Shown: piece after piece, positions 41,792 to 52,029 of the stretch
How the letters are laid out: every line of letters starts with the position of its first letter
How positions within the stretch are numbered: the first letter of the stretch is position 1
Source of the DNA: Hyalangium minutum
GTDB taxonomy: Bacteria > Myxococcota > Myxococcia > Myxococcales > Myxococcaceae
Length of the DNA: 64,000 bases
NCBI RefSeq assembly: GCF_000737315.1
Contig: NZ_JMCB01000008.1
Location: 124,001 to 188,000 of the forward strand
Direction: 5' to 3'
Translations under genes and position numbers: made by a program
Notes under the pieces: model-generated
What the model saw: only the letters and a program-made list of their open reading frames with translations
What the model was told of the DNA's origin: nothing
Databases searched by the model: none

Positions 41792-41985
41792 ATGGTTTCT
41801 GAGGGGTCCTATAGCCCGCGTTTCTTCGTCCTTGAACAGGACATATTCGGGCCCCACGACACCAAGTTCGACACGACCGGGGCTGTCATTTTGGGAGACG
41901 CTCCGCGGTGCCCACGATGTGGTGCTCCCATCGGCATGCGGACGTGGCTGCCTCCCTATCGTGTCGAGCTTGAGTTGCACGGCCG
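41792..41985 (+). pseudogene. N-terminal remnant of a myxobacterial CxxCG-motif (immunity-like) protein
   Basis: RFFVLEQDIFGPHDTKF...GDAPRCPRCG..IGMRTWLPPYRVELELHG, after which the ORF loses protein-like composition. Confidence 0.55.
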
Positions 41986-42086
41986 CACTCCGAGAAGCCG
42001 ACCTCACTCGGCGTCAAATTGTCCTGGCATACTCCAGAACGGGCCACCCTTGACCCACGGCCCCGCTTGAATGAAAGGACGTGGCC

Positions 42087-43010
42087 ATGCGTCTCCGGAC
42101 GTGCAGCGCCCCCCTGCTCCTGCTCCTTCTCTCGGCCTGCGCAACGATGGATCCGATCCCGGGAGAACCGGAGGACCCGAGCCCGAGACTCACCAACCTT
42201 CAGCGGGCGGCGCTCTACCCCTGGACGGACGACGGGCATTGCGTGGTGCGCGAAGCCGCGAACGAATGGCCCGTCCTGGCGGAGCGGTGCTTTCACGCTC
42301 TTGATCGCGACAGAGTCAGGTTTCGGGACGTCACAAAAAGATGCGCTGTCGCCTCTGCGGTTGCGGCTGCCGTGCCCATGAGCGTAGCGCTCTGCATCTT
42401 CGCGTCGCCGGCAGTGGTAACTGGAGCGGTGATTGTGATTGGCGCGGTGGTGGTGGCAGCCGCCATCCAAGAGGGGATTGATACCTATCAACGAAACGCA
42501 TCCCGCGAGCGCGCGAAGACCAAGACTCAGACACAGCCCTCCAGTGAGCAGGAGCCCGTAGCGAACAGAGATCCCAAACCGAAGGGCTTGGGTCGAGACT
42601 GGCTCCCTCCCATTTCATCCGATCCCTCGGAGCGACCTGAGTGCAGGACGATCCCAGGACCTCCCCGTGGAGGAAACGAGCCGCATAACGAGTGTGCCAA
42701 CAAGGTTCCAGGCAACGATTTCCCCGGCCTGAATGTACTTATCACCGGCAAGAGCACAAGTAAGAGCTTCGATGCGCTGGTACTCGCTACGCGCACGCTG
42801 TGGGAAGTTAAAACCTACAACCTTGGCCACCAATCACCCCGCTCTCGGAAATTCCTTGTCGAAGTCAAATTGCCGCAACTCAGAGAAGAAGCCAAGCTTG
42901 CCAAGGAATGTGGCTATAACTTCGTCGTTGGCGTCACGAGCGCTGAGCACAAGGCGCTACTCCAGAGCTTGGAACCGAGCCTCGCGGTCGTTGTCATGGA
43001 TTGGTGCTGA
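42087..43010 (+). CDS. Lipoprotein with C-terminal PD-(D/E)xK nuclease-like toxin domain (DUF6310-like)
   Basis: Lipobox LLSAC; conserved N-terminus (LQRAALYPWTDDGHCVVRE), hydrophobic helices, FDAL...WEVKT catalytic-type motif. Confidence 0.8.
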   Translation: MRLRTCSAPLLLLLLSACATMDPIPGEPEDPSPRLTNLQRAALYPWTDDGHCVVREAANEWPVLAERCFHALDRDRVRFRDVTKRCAVASAVAAAVPMSVALCIFASPAVVTGAVIVIGAVVVAAAIQEGIDTYQRNASRERAKTKTQTQPSSEQEPVANRDPKPKGLGRDWLPPISSDPSERPECRTIPGPPRGGNEPHNECANKVPGNDFPGLNVLITGKSTSKSFDALVLATRTLWEVKTYNLGHQSPRSRKFLVEVKLPQLREEAKLAKECGYNFVVGVTSAEHKALLQSLEPSLAVVVMDWC

Positions 43011-43011
43011 C

Positions 43012-43773
43012 GTGGTGCTTGTTCGCAACGAAATTGTTATCAGCGTCTATGCGCCGACGCTCGTGGGCGACGAGACACGCCCTCTTGCCATCGCTCAAGG
43101 AATGGAGCGTGCGCTTCCTGGTCTGCGGCTGGGGTGGACAACTTCTGAAAAGGAAGACCTCATCCCATTGCCTCACCGCGATCAGGGGATAGCGACAGAC
43201 AAGGGAAACGGCGATTTTTTCTTCCTCTGCAACGATGACGAAGATCGCTTGGTGACCCTTAGCGGGTCGGTGAACCCTCTCGGCCTTGCAGCCGACGGTG
43301 TGTCGCACTTCGAGGTTCATGCGAGCCTGCCGCTCGACACGGCGAGTATTGCGGCGGCAGCGGATATGCTGGCAGCCATAGGGGAATTCGCGCTCGCGTT
43401 ATGGGGGCATGCGACGCCGTTCAACGCGGGTGTGGAGATCGCAAAGCAGACGAGTCCCACGTTGGCTGGGCCCCCGTGCCCTCCCCGGGGACTGCCAGCG
43501 CTCAAACTCCCCGACAAGATCCGCTCACCTGAGATTCCGCATCGCCTGGGGTGGCTGAACTACTGGTCGGCCGCTTCCGCACGAACCATCGGGTTCCCGG
43601 ACCCGGCCTGCGATGCCGATCTGCTCACGCGAGCGCGGCGCACGGCGTCAGGCGGGTGGGTCGTGCAGCTCACGGATGCGCCGCTCGATCTCGACAACCC
43701 CGCTCACCTGGACGCGCTGAAGCGGGCCTATGAGCGCTTCCCGGAGATCGGCGGACGCGCCGATCCACGCTGA
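43012..43773 (+). CDS. Putative cognate immunity protein (DUF5953-like)
   Basis: GTG 1 nt after the toxin stop; SVYAPTLVG, WGHATP, IPHRLGWLNYWS, GGWVVQLTDAPLDLDNPAHLDALKRAYERFPEIGGR. Confidence 0.8.
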   Translation: MVLVRNEIVISVYAPTLVGDETRPLAIAQGMERALPGLRLGWTTSEKEDLIPLPHRDQGIATDKGNGDFFFLCNDDEDRLVTLSGSVNPLGLAADGVSHFEVHASLPLDTASIAAAADMLAAIGEFALALWGHATPFNAGVEIAKQTSPTLAGPPCPPRGLPALKLPDKIRSPEIPHRLGWLNYWSAASARTIGFPDPACDADLLTRARRTASGGWVVQLTDAPLDLDNPAHLDALKRAYERFPEIGGRADPR

Positions 43774-43862
43774 CTGAGGCTAACGCGCGTTTCCCGGCGC
43801 GTGTCCACGAGGCCCGAGCTTGGGCGGCAGACGGTCATCGTCCCGGGCGCCGAATACGCAGT

Positions 43863-45059
43863 TCAAGTTCCAAGGAACTCGCGGTGCAACCGGGCCGTGA
43901 GCGGCTTCAGGTACGCCTTGTCCACCAGCAGCGACAGCTGCAGCGGCGAGGTGTGGACCGCGTGAACCCGCGCCCCCAGTTCCTCCGCCGCCAGCAGGGC
44001 GCGGCTCAGATACCCCCAGTCCGCGTTGATGCCCGCCCCCACACACGTCACCGTGCCCACCTGCTCCTGCAGCGACACGTCGTCACCGAAGCGCGTGGCC
44101 AGATCCTTCTGCACCGCCTCCAGCCCGTGCACGTCCTGCAGCGGCACCGCGATATAGGCCCGTGGCTCGCGGCCCAGCAGCCCGTCGAAGCTCAGCGCCC
44201 GGCCTCGCACGCCCCGCGCGTCCAGGAACTCGAGCAACTCCGGCAGCCGCACCCGCTCCGAGGCCGCTGACAGCACCGCCATCTCCTGCTCCGCCGTCAC
44301 GCCTTTCACCCGCGTGTCCGCTGGGCCCGCCAGTTCCTGCACCGCCGTGCCCGTCCCCTGCCCGTGCGCCGTGCGCGCCAGGATGACGATCCCCTTCGCC
44401 TTGGCGAACTCCACTGCCTGCGCGTTGAGCACCTTTGCCCCCGCGCTCGCCAGCTCCTGCATCTCATCGTACGTGAGCGACTCCAGCTTGCGCGCGTCCG
44501 GCACCACCCGTGGGTCCGCCGAGAAGATGCCATCCACGTCCGAGTAGATCTCACACGCCTCGGCCTCGAGCGCCGCCGCCAGCGCCACCGCCGTCGTGTC
44601 CGAGCCACCACGCCCCAGCGTCGTCACCTCCTTCTTATAGGAGACGCCCTGGTACCCTGCGACGATGACCACCTTGCCCCGATCCAGCTCCTCGAAGACC
44701 CGGTAAGGGCGTACCTCCACGATGCGCGCCTGCGAATGCGTGTCGTTGGTGATGATGCCACTCTGGCTGCCCGTGAAGCTGATGGCCGGCACTTCCAGCT
44801 CCTGAAGCGCCATGGACAGCAGCGCCATGGAGATGCGCTCGCCGCACGTCAGCAGCATGTCCAGTTCGCGCCGCGGAGGGTCGGGCGACACCTGCTTGGC
44901 CAGCGAGAGCAGGTCGTCCGTGGTGTCCCCCATGGCGGAGACGACGACCACTACCTGGTAGCCCGCCTCGCGCTTGGCTTTCACGCGCTGAGCCACCTTG
45001 CGAATCTTCTCCACATCCGCGACCGACGAGCCGCCGTACTTCTGGACCACGATGGGCAT
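43863..45059 (-). CDS. lysC: Aspartate kinase
   Basis: [45 protein letters not shown]. Confidence 0.95.
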   Translation of the reverse strand: MPIVVQKYGGSSVADVEKIRKVAQRVKAKREAGYQVVVVVSAMGDTTDDLLSLAKQVSPDPPRRELDMLLTCGERISMALLSMALQELEVPAISFTGSQSGIITNDTHSQARIVEVRPYRVFEELDRGKVVIVAGYQGVSYKKEVTTLGRGGSDTTAVALAAALEAEACEIYSDVDGIFSADPRVVPDARKLESLTYDEMQELASAGAKVLNAQAVEFAKAKGIVILARTAHGQGTGTAVQELAGPADTRVKGVTAEQEMAVLSAASERVRLPELLEFLDARGVRGRALSFDGLLGREPRAYIAVPLQDVHGLEAVQKDLATRFGDDVSLQEQVGTVTCVGAGINADWGYLSRALLAAEELGARVHAVHTSPLQLSLLVDKAYLKPLTARLHREFLGT

Positions 45060-45214
45060 ATCCGCCTCGTTACCTTGTTGGGCGTGGCCGGGAAACCACA
45101 CCGAGAGACTTCCATGCAGGACGCCGGCCAACAGCACGCACGGTCTGACCGAGCAACCGGCCGACTCCTTGACAGGTTGGGATCCCCCCATATACCCAGG
45201 CCGGAGGCTTCCCC

Positions 45215-45943
45215 ATGGCGATGATTGAGGTTCAGAACCTCACGAAGCGGTACCGGGACCGGAGTGCCATCGAGGGACTCACCTTCAGCGTCAACGAAGG
45301 GGAGATCCTGGGCTTCCTGGGTCCCAACGGAGCGGGCAAGTCCACGACCATGAAGATCCTCACCGGGTTCCTGCCCCCGTCCATGGGCACGGCCAAGGTG
45401 GCGGGCTTCGATGTCTTCGAGCAGCCGCTCGAGGTGAAGCGTCGCATCGGCTACCTGCCAGAGACGCCGCCGCTCTACCCGGAGATGACGGTGCGCGGGT
45501 ACCTGAAGTTCGTCGCCGAGCTCAAGAAGGTCCCCGGCCGCGGACTGAAGGCCGAGCTCGACCGGGTGGCGGGCCTCACCGGGCTGTCGGACATCATGGA
45601 CCGCGTCATCCAGAACCTCTCCAAGGGCTACAAGCAGCGCGTGGGCATCGCGCAGGCCCTGCTCGGCTCGCCGCCGGTCCTCATCCTCGACGAGCCCACC
45701 GAGGGGCTCGACCCTTCGCAGCGCGCCGACGTGCGCTCCCTCATCAAGGGGCTCGCGGGCAAGCACACCCTCATCCTCTCCACGCACATCCTGCCGGAGG
45801 TGACGATGACGTGTGAGAAGGTGCTCATCATCCACCAGGGGAAGATGGTCGCCTACGACGAGATCCAGAAGCTCGTCTCCGTGCACGGACAGGCGGCCAA
45901 CGTCTCGCTCGAAGAGATCTTCATCAAGCTCACGGCGGCCTGA
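45215..45943 (+). CDS. ABC transporter ATP-binding protein (GldA-like)
   Basis: [25 protein letters not shown]. Confidence 0.93.
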   Translation: MAMIEVQNLTKRYRDRSAIEGLTFSVNEGEILGFLGPNGAGKSTTMKILTGFLPPSMGTAKVAGFDVFEQPLEVKRRIGYLPETPPLYPEMTVRGYLKFVAELKKVPGRGLKAELDRVAGLTGLSDIMDRVIQNLSKGYKQRVGIAQALLGSPPVLILDEPTEGLDPSQRADVRSLIKGLAGKHTLILSTHILPEVTMTCEKVLIIHQGKMVAYDEIQKLVSVHGQAANVSLEEIFIKLTAA

Positions 45944-45976
45944 GGGCCCCCTCCCCCGTTCCCGAGAGGATTTCCC

Positions 45977-46780
45977 ATGCGCACCGCCTTGGCGATCGCC
46001 CGCAAGGAGCTGTCCATCTACTTCACCACCCCGTGGGCCTACGTGGTCTTCACGGCCATGGTGGCGCTGTCCTCGTTCTTCTTCATGGGCCTGCTGCAGG
46101 CCTTCCAGCAGGTGCAGGAGATGGCCCAGGCCGTCGGCTGGAACCAGCTGCCCCCAGACGCCGCCAGCTACCGCAACCTCACCGACGGCGTCGTCGTCCA
46201 GCTGTGGGGCGTGGTCCTCATCGTCACGCTCTTCGTGGCGCCCTTCCTCTCCATGCGCCTGTTCGCCGAGGAGAAGCGCAACAAGACCTTCGAGCTGCTG
46301 ATGACGACGCCCGTGCGTCCCTTCGAACTCGTGCTGGGCAAGTACCTGGGCGGGCTGGGCATCATCTCCGCCACGTTGGGGCTCACCATCGTCTTTCCGC
46401 TCATGCTGACGGTATTCGGAGCGAGCGAGACAGGCTCGGTGCTGGAGTGGCCCACGGTGCTGCTCGGCTATGGGGCGGTGCTGCTGTGGGGCGCGACGTG
46501 CATGGCGGTGGGCATGTTCATCTCCGCGCTCACCGAGAGCCAGATGGTCGCCGCGCTGCTCACCTTCGCGGTGATGCTGCCGTGGATGCTGCTGCGCGGG
46601 CTGGCACAGGGCGTGGAGGAGCCCCTGCACTCGCTCATCACCTACCTGGCCTTCGACTCGCAGCTGTCGAACCTCATCAAGGGCGTGCTGGATCTCAAGG
46701 CGCTCGTGTTCTTCCTGTCCGTCATCCTCTTCTCGCTGCTGCTCACCCATCGCACCGTGGAGGCTCAGCGCTGGGCGTAG
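45977..46780 (+). CDS. ABC transporter permease (GldF-like)
   Basis: IARKEL..YF, MRLFAEEKR..TFELLMT.P, VLGKY, multiple TM helices. Confidence 0.9.
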   Translation: MRTALAIARKELSIYFTTPWAYVVFTAMVALSSFFFMGLLQAFQQVQEMAQAVGWNQLPPDAASYRNLTDGVVVQLWGVVLIVTLFVAPFLSMRLFAEEKRNKTFELLMTTPVRPFELVLGKYLGGLGIISATLGLTIVFPLMLTVFGASETGSVLEWPTVLLGYGAVLLWGATCMAVGMFISALTESQMVAALLTFAVMLPWMLLRGLAQGVEEPLHSLITYLAFDSQLSNLIKGVLDLKALVFFLSVILFSLLLTHRTVEAQRWA

Positions 46781-46798
46781 CCCTGGCGCGAGGAACCC

Positions 46799-48370
46799 AT
46801 GAACTTCTCCTCTGTCGGAAAGATTCTCGGTGCGCTCGGGCTCCTGCTGCTGCTGTCGAGCCCGTTCACCCTGTTCTTCACCTCGGGCTCCGTGGCGCTC
46901 ACGGCGGCCAAGGCTGTGTCGGGCCTCGTGCTGCTGGGCATCTACTTCGCCACCAACTTCCAGCAGTTCGGCCAGTTCGCCACGCGGCGCTCCAGCTTCT
47001 TCTTCGCCACCTCCATGCTGATGGGAGTGGTGACACTGGGCGGGCTGGGCGCGCTCAACTACATCGCGTTCAAGAAGAACAAGAGCTGGGACCTGACGAA
47101 GCAGAAGGTCTTCACCCTGGCGCCGCAGACGACCACCACGCTCACCGGGCTCAAGGAGAAGGTGCGCGCCATCGGCTTCATGCCTCCCAGCCACCAGTAC
47201 TACGACATGGTGGAGCAGCTCTTCCGGCGCTACCAGGCTGCGGCCCCCGACAAGTTCGAGTACTCCTTCAAGGATCCCGCGCGTCACCCGGATCTGGCGG
47301 CCAAGTACCAGCTCAAAGAGGGCCAGACCACGGTGGTGCTCGTGCGCGGCGAGGGCGACAAGGAGTCGCACACCACCCTCAACATGCTCTCCGAGCAGGA
47401 CCTCACCAACGCCCTCATCAAGATCAACTCGGTGGGCTCGCAGAAGGTGTACTTCCTCACCGGCCACGGCGAGTGGCCACTGGAGGCCGAGGCCGCCGCG
47501 CCGGGCGATCCCGGTGGAGCGCTCTCGGAGTTCCGCAAGCACCTGCTCCAGGAGGGCTACACCGCCGAGGAGCTGAACCTGGCAGGGCAGAAGGAGGTCC
47601 CCCGGGACGCGTCGCTGGTGATCATTCCCGGCGCGAAGACGCCCTACACGGCGCCGGAGGCGGAGGCGCTGCGCCAGTACCTCGCGCAGGGTGGGCGGAT
47701 GCTCTACTTCGCGGACTTCAACGCCGAGCCGAAGCTGGACGCGCTCCTGGCCGAGTACGGCGTCGAGGTGGACAAGGGCATCGCCGCGGACCCGCAGTTC
47801 AACAGCGGCAACCCCTATGCACTGGTCTCCGCCTTCTACAGCGAGCACGAGCTGACCCGGCCCCTGCGCCAGCTCAAGCTCAACATCGAGTTCCCCACGG
47901 CGCGCAGCCTCACGGTGCTGCGCCAGGGCATGGCCGAGGGCGTCAAGGCCGAGCCCGTGGTGCTCTCCTCCCCCTTCGCGTGGGTGGAGACGACGCCGGC
48001 CGCGGACGCCACCCCCTCGGATGGCGAGAAGTCCGGCCAGCTCGTCCTGGTGGCCGCCGCCACGCGGGACACGAAGAACGCCCCGGACAAGCGCTTCGAT
48101 GAGGCGCGCGTGGTGGTGATGGGTGACTCGGAGATCCTCCTGGACGCCAACTGGGGCCACGAGGCCAACCGCAACCTCGTGCTGAATGCGCTCGGCTGGG
48201 CGTCGAACCAGGTCGAGAAGATCACCATCCGCCCGCCGGACCGCGACGTGTCCACATTGCAGATGGATCCGGACATGCTGGAGAACATCCGCTTCGTGTC
48301 CACGGACCTGCTGCCCCTGACCCTCATGGGCATGGGGCTGGCCATCTGGCTGTCGAGGCGAAACAAGTGA
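46799..48370 (+). CDS. GldG-like ABC auxiliary component
   Basis: TM helices, WDLTKQKVFTL, VYFLTGHGE, LRQYLAQGGRM, VVMGDSE, C-terminal TM. Confidence 0.88.
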   Translation: MNFSSVGKILGALGLLLLLSSPFTLFFTSGSVALTAAKAVSGLVLLGIYFATNFQQFGQFATRRSSFFFATSMLMGVVTLGGLGALNYIAFKKNKSWDLTKQKVFTLAPQTTTTLTGLKEKVRAIGFMPPSHQYYDMVEQLFRRYQAAAPDKFEYSFKDPARHPDLAAKYQLKEGQTTVVLVRGEGDKESHTTLNMLSEQDLTNALIKINSVGSQKVYFLTGHGEWPLEAEAAAPGDPGGALSEFRKHLLQEGYTAEELNLAGQKEVPRDASLVIIPGAKTPYTAPEAEALRQYLAQGGRMLYFADFNAEPKLDALLAEYGVEVDKGIAADPQFNSGNPYALVSAFYSEHELTRPLRQLKLNIEFPTARSLTVLRQGMAEGVKAEPVVLSSPFAWVETTPAADATPSDGEKSGQLVLVAAATRDTKNAPDKRFDEARVVVMGDSEILLDANWGHEANRNLVLNALGWASNQVEKITIRPPDRDVSTLQMDPDMLENIRFVSTDLLPLTLMGMGLAIWLSRRNK

Positions 48371-49911
48371 AGCAGACCCAAAAGAACCTCGTCACCCTGG
48401 TGCTGGCCACCGCCGCCGCTGCGGGCCTGGGCCTCTACGCGTACTTCGGAGTGAAGGAGCCGGAGCGGAAGGAGGCCGTGCGCAAGGAACAAGCCGAGAA
48501 GCTCTTCGCTCCCGAGACTCCCGGCGAGAAGCCCACTCAGGGCGCCACCGCTCCTGCGGCCGTCTTCACGCAGCTCACCGTCCAGTCCAAGGGCATCACC
48601 GCGACGCTGGAGCGCCAAGGCACCACGTGGTTCCTCACCGCTCCGGTGAAGGGCAAGGCGGACAAGCCCACCGTGGAGGGCATCCTCGCCCAGCTGCACG
48701 CCGGTAAGTTCAAGGCCACCGTCGAGGAGGCTCCCACCGACGAGGACCTCAAGAAGTACGGCCTCCTGCCTCCCGTGTTCTCGGTGGCGGCGAAGGCCTA
48801 TGTCCCGGACGCCTCAGGCGGTGGTCAGGACGATCCCGCGCGCCAGCGCACGGTGACGCTGCTCGGCGGCATCGAGAACACCTTCGATGGCTCCCTGTAC
48901 GTGCGCCGCGATGGCGACCCACGCGTGTACTCCGCGGATGGCTCCGTGCGCTACGCACTGGAGAAGGATCTGTACGCGCTGCGTGACAAGGAGTTCCTGG
49001 GGTTCGAAGAGGCCTCGCTGAAGGCGATCGAGGTGAAGACCCCAGCGACCAGCTACTCGCTGGAGCGGGAGGCGGATAAGTCCTGGCGGTTGACGAAGCC
49101 CCTGACGGTGCGCGCGGACGGAGAGCGCGTGAAGAAGGCCCTTCTGGCCCTCAAGGAGCAGCGTGCGCTCTCCTTCCCCATGGACTCCGCCGCGGAGCGC
49201 TCGAAGCTGGGCCTGGACAAGCCCGTGGTGGAGGCACGCTTCACGCTCGACCCGGGCGATCCCGTGCGGCTGCGGTTCTCCCTGGTCCCCGAAGGCTCCG
49301 GAGCGAAGGTGTATGCGCTGCGCGAGCAGGGCTCGGAGGCGACGCTCGCTGAGGTCCCCGAAGGCGCGCTCACCGTGCTGAACCTGAGCCTCCCAGAACT
49401 GCGGACCAAGACCGTGCTGAGCTTCAAGCGCGAGGACGTGAAGCGCATCGTCTTCTACCCGGGCGCTGGGGCACCGCCGGCGGTTCTGTCCAACAAGAAC
49501 CCGGCCGCGAACGCGCTGCAGGGCTGGGAGCTGGAGGAGCCCATCACGGGCAAGGTCGAGGGGCTCAAGGTGGCCTCGCTGCTCAGCCTCCTGAGCAGCG
49601 TCAAGGCCTCCAGCTTCGGCGAAGCCAACCCGAAGTGGGAGCAGTACGGCATCACCGACAACGCTCGCAGCTTCTCGCTGCAGGACACGAGCGGCAAGGA
49701 GCTGGCACGGCTGTGGCTTGGCGGCGCGGTGCCGAACAAGGAAGGATCTGTCTACGCCCGGGGATCCAACCCCGAAGTGGCCGAGGTGGAGGCAGCGTGG
49801 CTGGCCCACCTCCCCGAGCGCGCCGAGGACTTCTTGCAGGCCTCCGCCACCGCTGGAACGGACGGTGGCACCCCCGACACGGACGGTGGAGTTCCTGAGG
49901 ACTCGCCCTGA
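48367..49911 (+). CDS. DUF4340-repeat periplasmic protein
   Basis: N-terminal TM; repeated LER....W.LT.P....AD, L..YGL..P units; 4-bp overlap with the GldG-like gene. Confidence 0.82.
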   Translation: MKQTQKNLVTLVLATAAAAGLGLYAYFGVKEPERKEAVRKEQAEKLFAPETPGEKPTQGATAPAAVFTQLTVQSKGITATLERQGTTWFLTAPVKGKADKPTVEGILAQLHAGKFKATVEEAPTDEDLKKYGLLPPVFSVAAKAYVPDASGGGQDDPARQRTVTLLGGIENTFDGSLYVRRDGDPRVYSADGSVRYALEKDLYALRDKEFLGFEEASLKAIEVKTPATSYSLEREADKSWRLTKPLTVRADGERVKKALLALKEQRALSFPMDSAAERSKLGLDKPVVEARFTLDPGDPVRLRFSLVPEGSGAKVYALREQGSEATLAEVPEGALTVLNLSLPELRTKTVLSFKREDVKRIVFYPGAGAPPAVLSNKNPAANALQGWELEEPITGKVEGLKVASLLSLLSSVKASSFGEANPKWEQYGITDNARSFSLQDTSGKELARLWLGGAVPNKEGSVYARGSNPEVAEVEAAWLAHLPERAEDFLQASATAGTDGGTPDTDGGVPEDSP

Positions 49912-49912
49912 G

Positions 49913-50443
49913 TCAGACGCGGAAGGGACCCATTGAGCCCTCGGGCCAGACGACCCGAGGCTCCGCCCCTTCCGGCACGTGGGCGATGATGGCGCCCTCC
50001 AGGTAGCCCTCTTCCTCCAGGGCCTCGACGAGGGTGCGGACGGCGACCTCCGGCACCATGACTCGGCAGAAGACGTTCATCCGCCCAGGCTGGGTCTCAC
50101 CCCCCTCGACTTCGCCGTTGCCCGTCCAGCCGAGGATGTCGGTGAGCAGTTCCTCCACGGCGTTGCGCTTCTCGAAGTCGTGCCCCGTGCCCTTCCCCTG
50201 CACGGGGTACTGAATGACGAGCGGCGCCATGGCCTCCGGATCGGGCTCGTCGTAGCCCTCGTCCACGAGCGGCCCGGCGGCCTCCGCGAGCACCATGTCC
50301 GGGTCCTCTCCGGCGGGGGCTGAGATCGTCTGGTGCTGCCCCATCTCCCCGACGATCCCGTGGTGCACGGACAGCCCGTTGTCGTCCACCCACGCTTCCC
50401 AGTAGCGAAGCGTGTCCCCGTCCTTCTTGTAGAGCCTCAGCAC
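49913..50443 (-). CDS. Hypothetical protein with WGR-like N-terminal domain
   Basis: LRYWEAWVDDNGLSVHHGIVGEMGQ resembles WGR (FW.I...G..V...WGRIG..GQ); acidic C-terminal domain. Confidence 0.7.
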   Translation of the reverse strand: MLRLYKKDGDTLRYWEAWVDDNGLSVHHGIVGEMGQHQTISAPAGEDPDMVLAEAAGPLVDEGYDEPDPEAMAPLVIQYPVQGKGTGHDFEKRNAVEELLTDILGWTGNGEVEGGETQPGRMNVFCRVMVPEVAVRTLVEALEEEGYLEGAIIAHVPEGAEPRVVWPEGSMGPFRV

Positions 50444-50468
50444 ACGAGCACCCTACCGCTCCCGCGCC

Positions 50469-51203
50469 TCAGATCTCCAGCAGCGCGAACCGTTGATCCG
50501 GCGTGTGCTTGGCCATCAGCGGCATGGCCACGTTGTAGACGGGGATGCCCGCGCGCGTCTTCCCCTCGCGCGTCCCGTGATGCGCGTGGCCATGGAACAC
50601 CGCCTCCGCCCGGTAGTGGTCAATCGGCATGGCGAGCCGGCTCGTCCCGAGGAAAGGCCGGATCTCGATGTTCTCCCCCTCCAGCGTCTCCGGAATGGGC
50701 GAGTAGTGCATGATGACCACCTTCTTCGGCGTGTCGAGGTGGCTCAGCGCCGCTTCCAGCTTGAGCGACTCGGACACCGCCTCCTGCACGAAGGACTTGG
50801 TCTGCCCCTCGCCGAACGCCTGCAGCGTGGCGTTGCCGAAGCCGCCGCCGAACCCCTTCACCCCCGCCACTCCGAGCACCTTCTCGAAGATGAAGTGGTC
50901 CCCATCCAGGATGTGGATCCCCACCTTGGCCAGCTCGGCGCAGATCTCCTTCACCTGGCCGTGCTCGTAGTCGTGGTTGCCCAGCACGGCGGCGCACGGG
51001 ACTCGCAGCGCAGAGAGCTCCTCGGCCAGGACCTTGCCCTCCTCCACCATGCCGCGATCCGTCAGATCGCCGCACAGCACGAGCATGTCCGCCGAGGCGT
51101 TCACCTGCTTCACGAGGAGCCGGAAGCGGCCGTGGTGGTCTTCCCGGCAGTGAAGATCACCGACTGCTGCCAACCGAATCTTCGAGTTGGGATCGCGTGC
51201 CAC
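50469..51203 (-). CDS. Calcineurin-like metallophosphoesterase
   Basis: GDLH, CGDLT, GNHD, MHYSP and HGHAH motifs are all present. Confidence 0.92.
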   Translation of the reverse strand: MARDPNSKIRLAAVGDLHCREDHHGRFRLLVKQVNASADMLVLCGDLTDRGMVEEGKVLAEELSALRVPCAAVLGNHDYEHGQVKEICAELAKVGIHILDGDHFIFEKVLGVAGVKGFGGGFGNATLQAFGEGQTKSFVQEAVSESLKLEAALSHLDTPKKVVIMHYSPIPETLEGENIEIRPFLGTSRLAMPIDHYRAEAVFHGHAHHGTREGKTRAGIPVYNVAMPLMAKHTPDQRFALLEI

Positions 51204-52014
51204 GCTCTCCTCCGTCCTTTCGCTCGTGTTCGTCCCACTGCCGCCCGTCGCGGAATCCCCAGTGGTGGATGTCCACGTGGTAGTTCACCCGCGAGATCAG
51301 GTTGCCCCGGCAGATGCGCTCCTCCCAGTTGCCATCGCGCACCGTGTCCAGCGTGCGCGCCATCAGCTCCGCCATCACCCAGTCCGGGATGGTGTCGCGC
51401 TCGGACGGGTAGGCGTACCGGAACATCATCAGGTGGCTGAACAGCACCTCCCAGTACCGGTCGAAGCGGCGCATGAGCCGCTCCCAGTCCATCTTCCGCC
51501 CGGCCTTGAGGATGAGGTGGTTCACGTCCGATCCGTCATAGCGCTCGCGCTCGTTGACGAAGGCCTTGGACCAGATCATCTCCTCGGCGGGCGCCACCAG
51601 GCAGCGGTGGCCGAACACCGTGGAGGTAGGGGCGTGCTCGAACCACTCGTCGTCCACCACCGCCACCCCGTTGCCGGAGCTGAAGATGAAGTCGACGAAG
51701 TACTCGCCCTTGAAGGCCTTGTAGAGCCACACCTCGTCCGTGCGTTCGGTGCGCCAGCCGTCCAGTTCCAGCACCTCGAGCGCCCGGCCCGCATCGCGTT
51801 TGCGAGGGAAGAGGTCCAGGTCCTTCGTGTCGCGGTAGATGCCCGTGTACGTGGCGTAGGCGTAGGCTCCGCCAACGACGAACGGCACGCCCGCATCCAG
51901 GAGCAGCCCGACAGCCCTGGCCCTGGCGTTGATCTCGTCCGGGGCCCTGTCGCGCTCCGCCAGCATGGCATCCACACCCAGCTCTCCGGGGTGGTTCGGG
52001 TGTCTCTTTTCCAT
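51157..52014 (-). CDS. Pol-beta superfamily nucleotidyltransferase
   Basis: ATG 52014; VVGGAYA...TKDLDLF...VDFIF; overlaps the phosphoesterase start by 47 bp. Confidence 0.88.
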   Translation of the reverse strand: MEKRHPNHPGELGVDAMLAERDRAPDEINARARAVGLLLDAGVPFVVGGAYAYATYTGIYRDTKDLDLFPRKRDAGRALEVLELDGWRTERTDEVWLYKAFKGEYFVDFIFSSGNGVAVVDDEWFEHAPTSTVFGHRCLVAPAEEMIWSKAFVNERERYDGSDVNHLILKAGRKMDWERLMRRFDRYWEVLFSHLMMFRYAYPSERDTIPDWVMAELMARTLDTVRDGNWEERICRGNLISRVNYHVDIHHWGFRDGRQWDEHERKDGGERGTRSQLEDSVGSSR

Positions 52015-52029
52015 AGGGCATAAGCTAGG

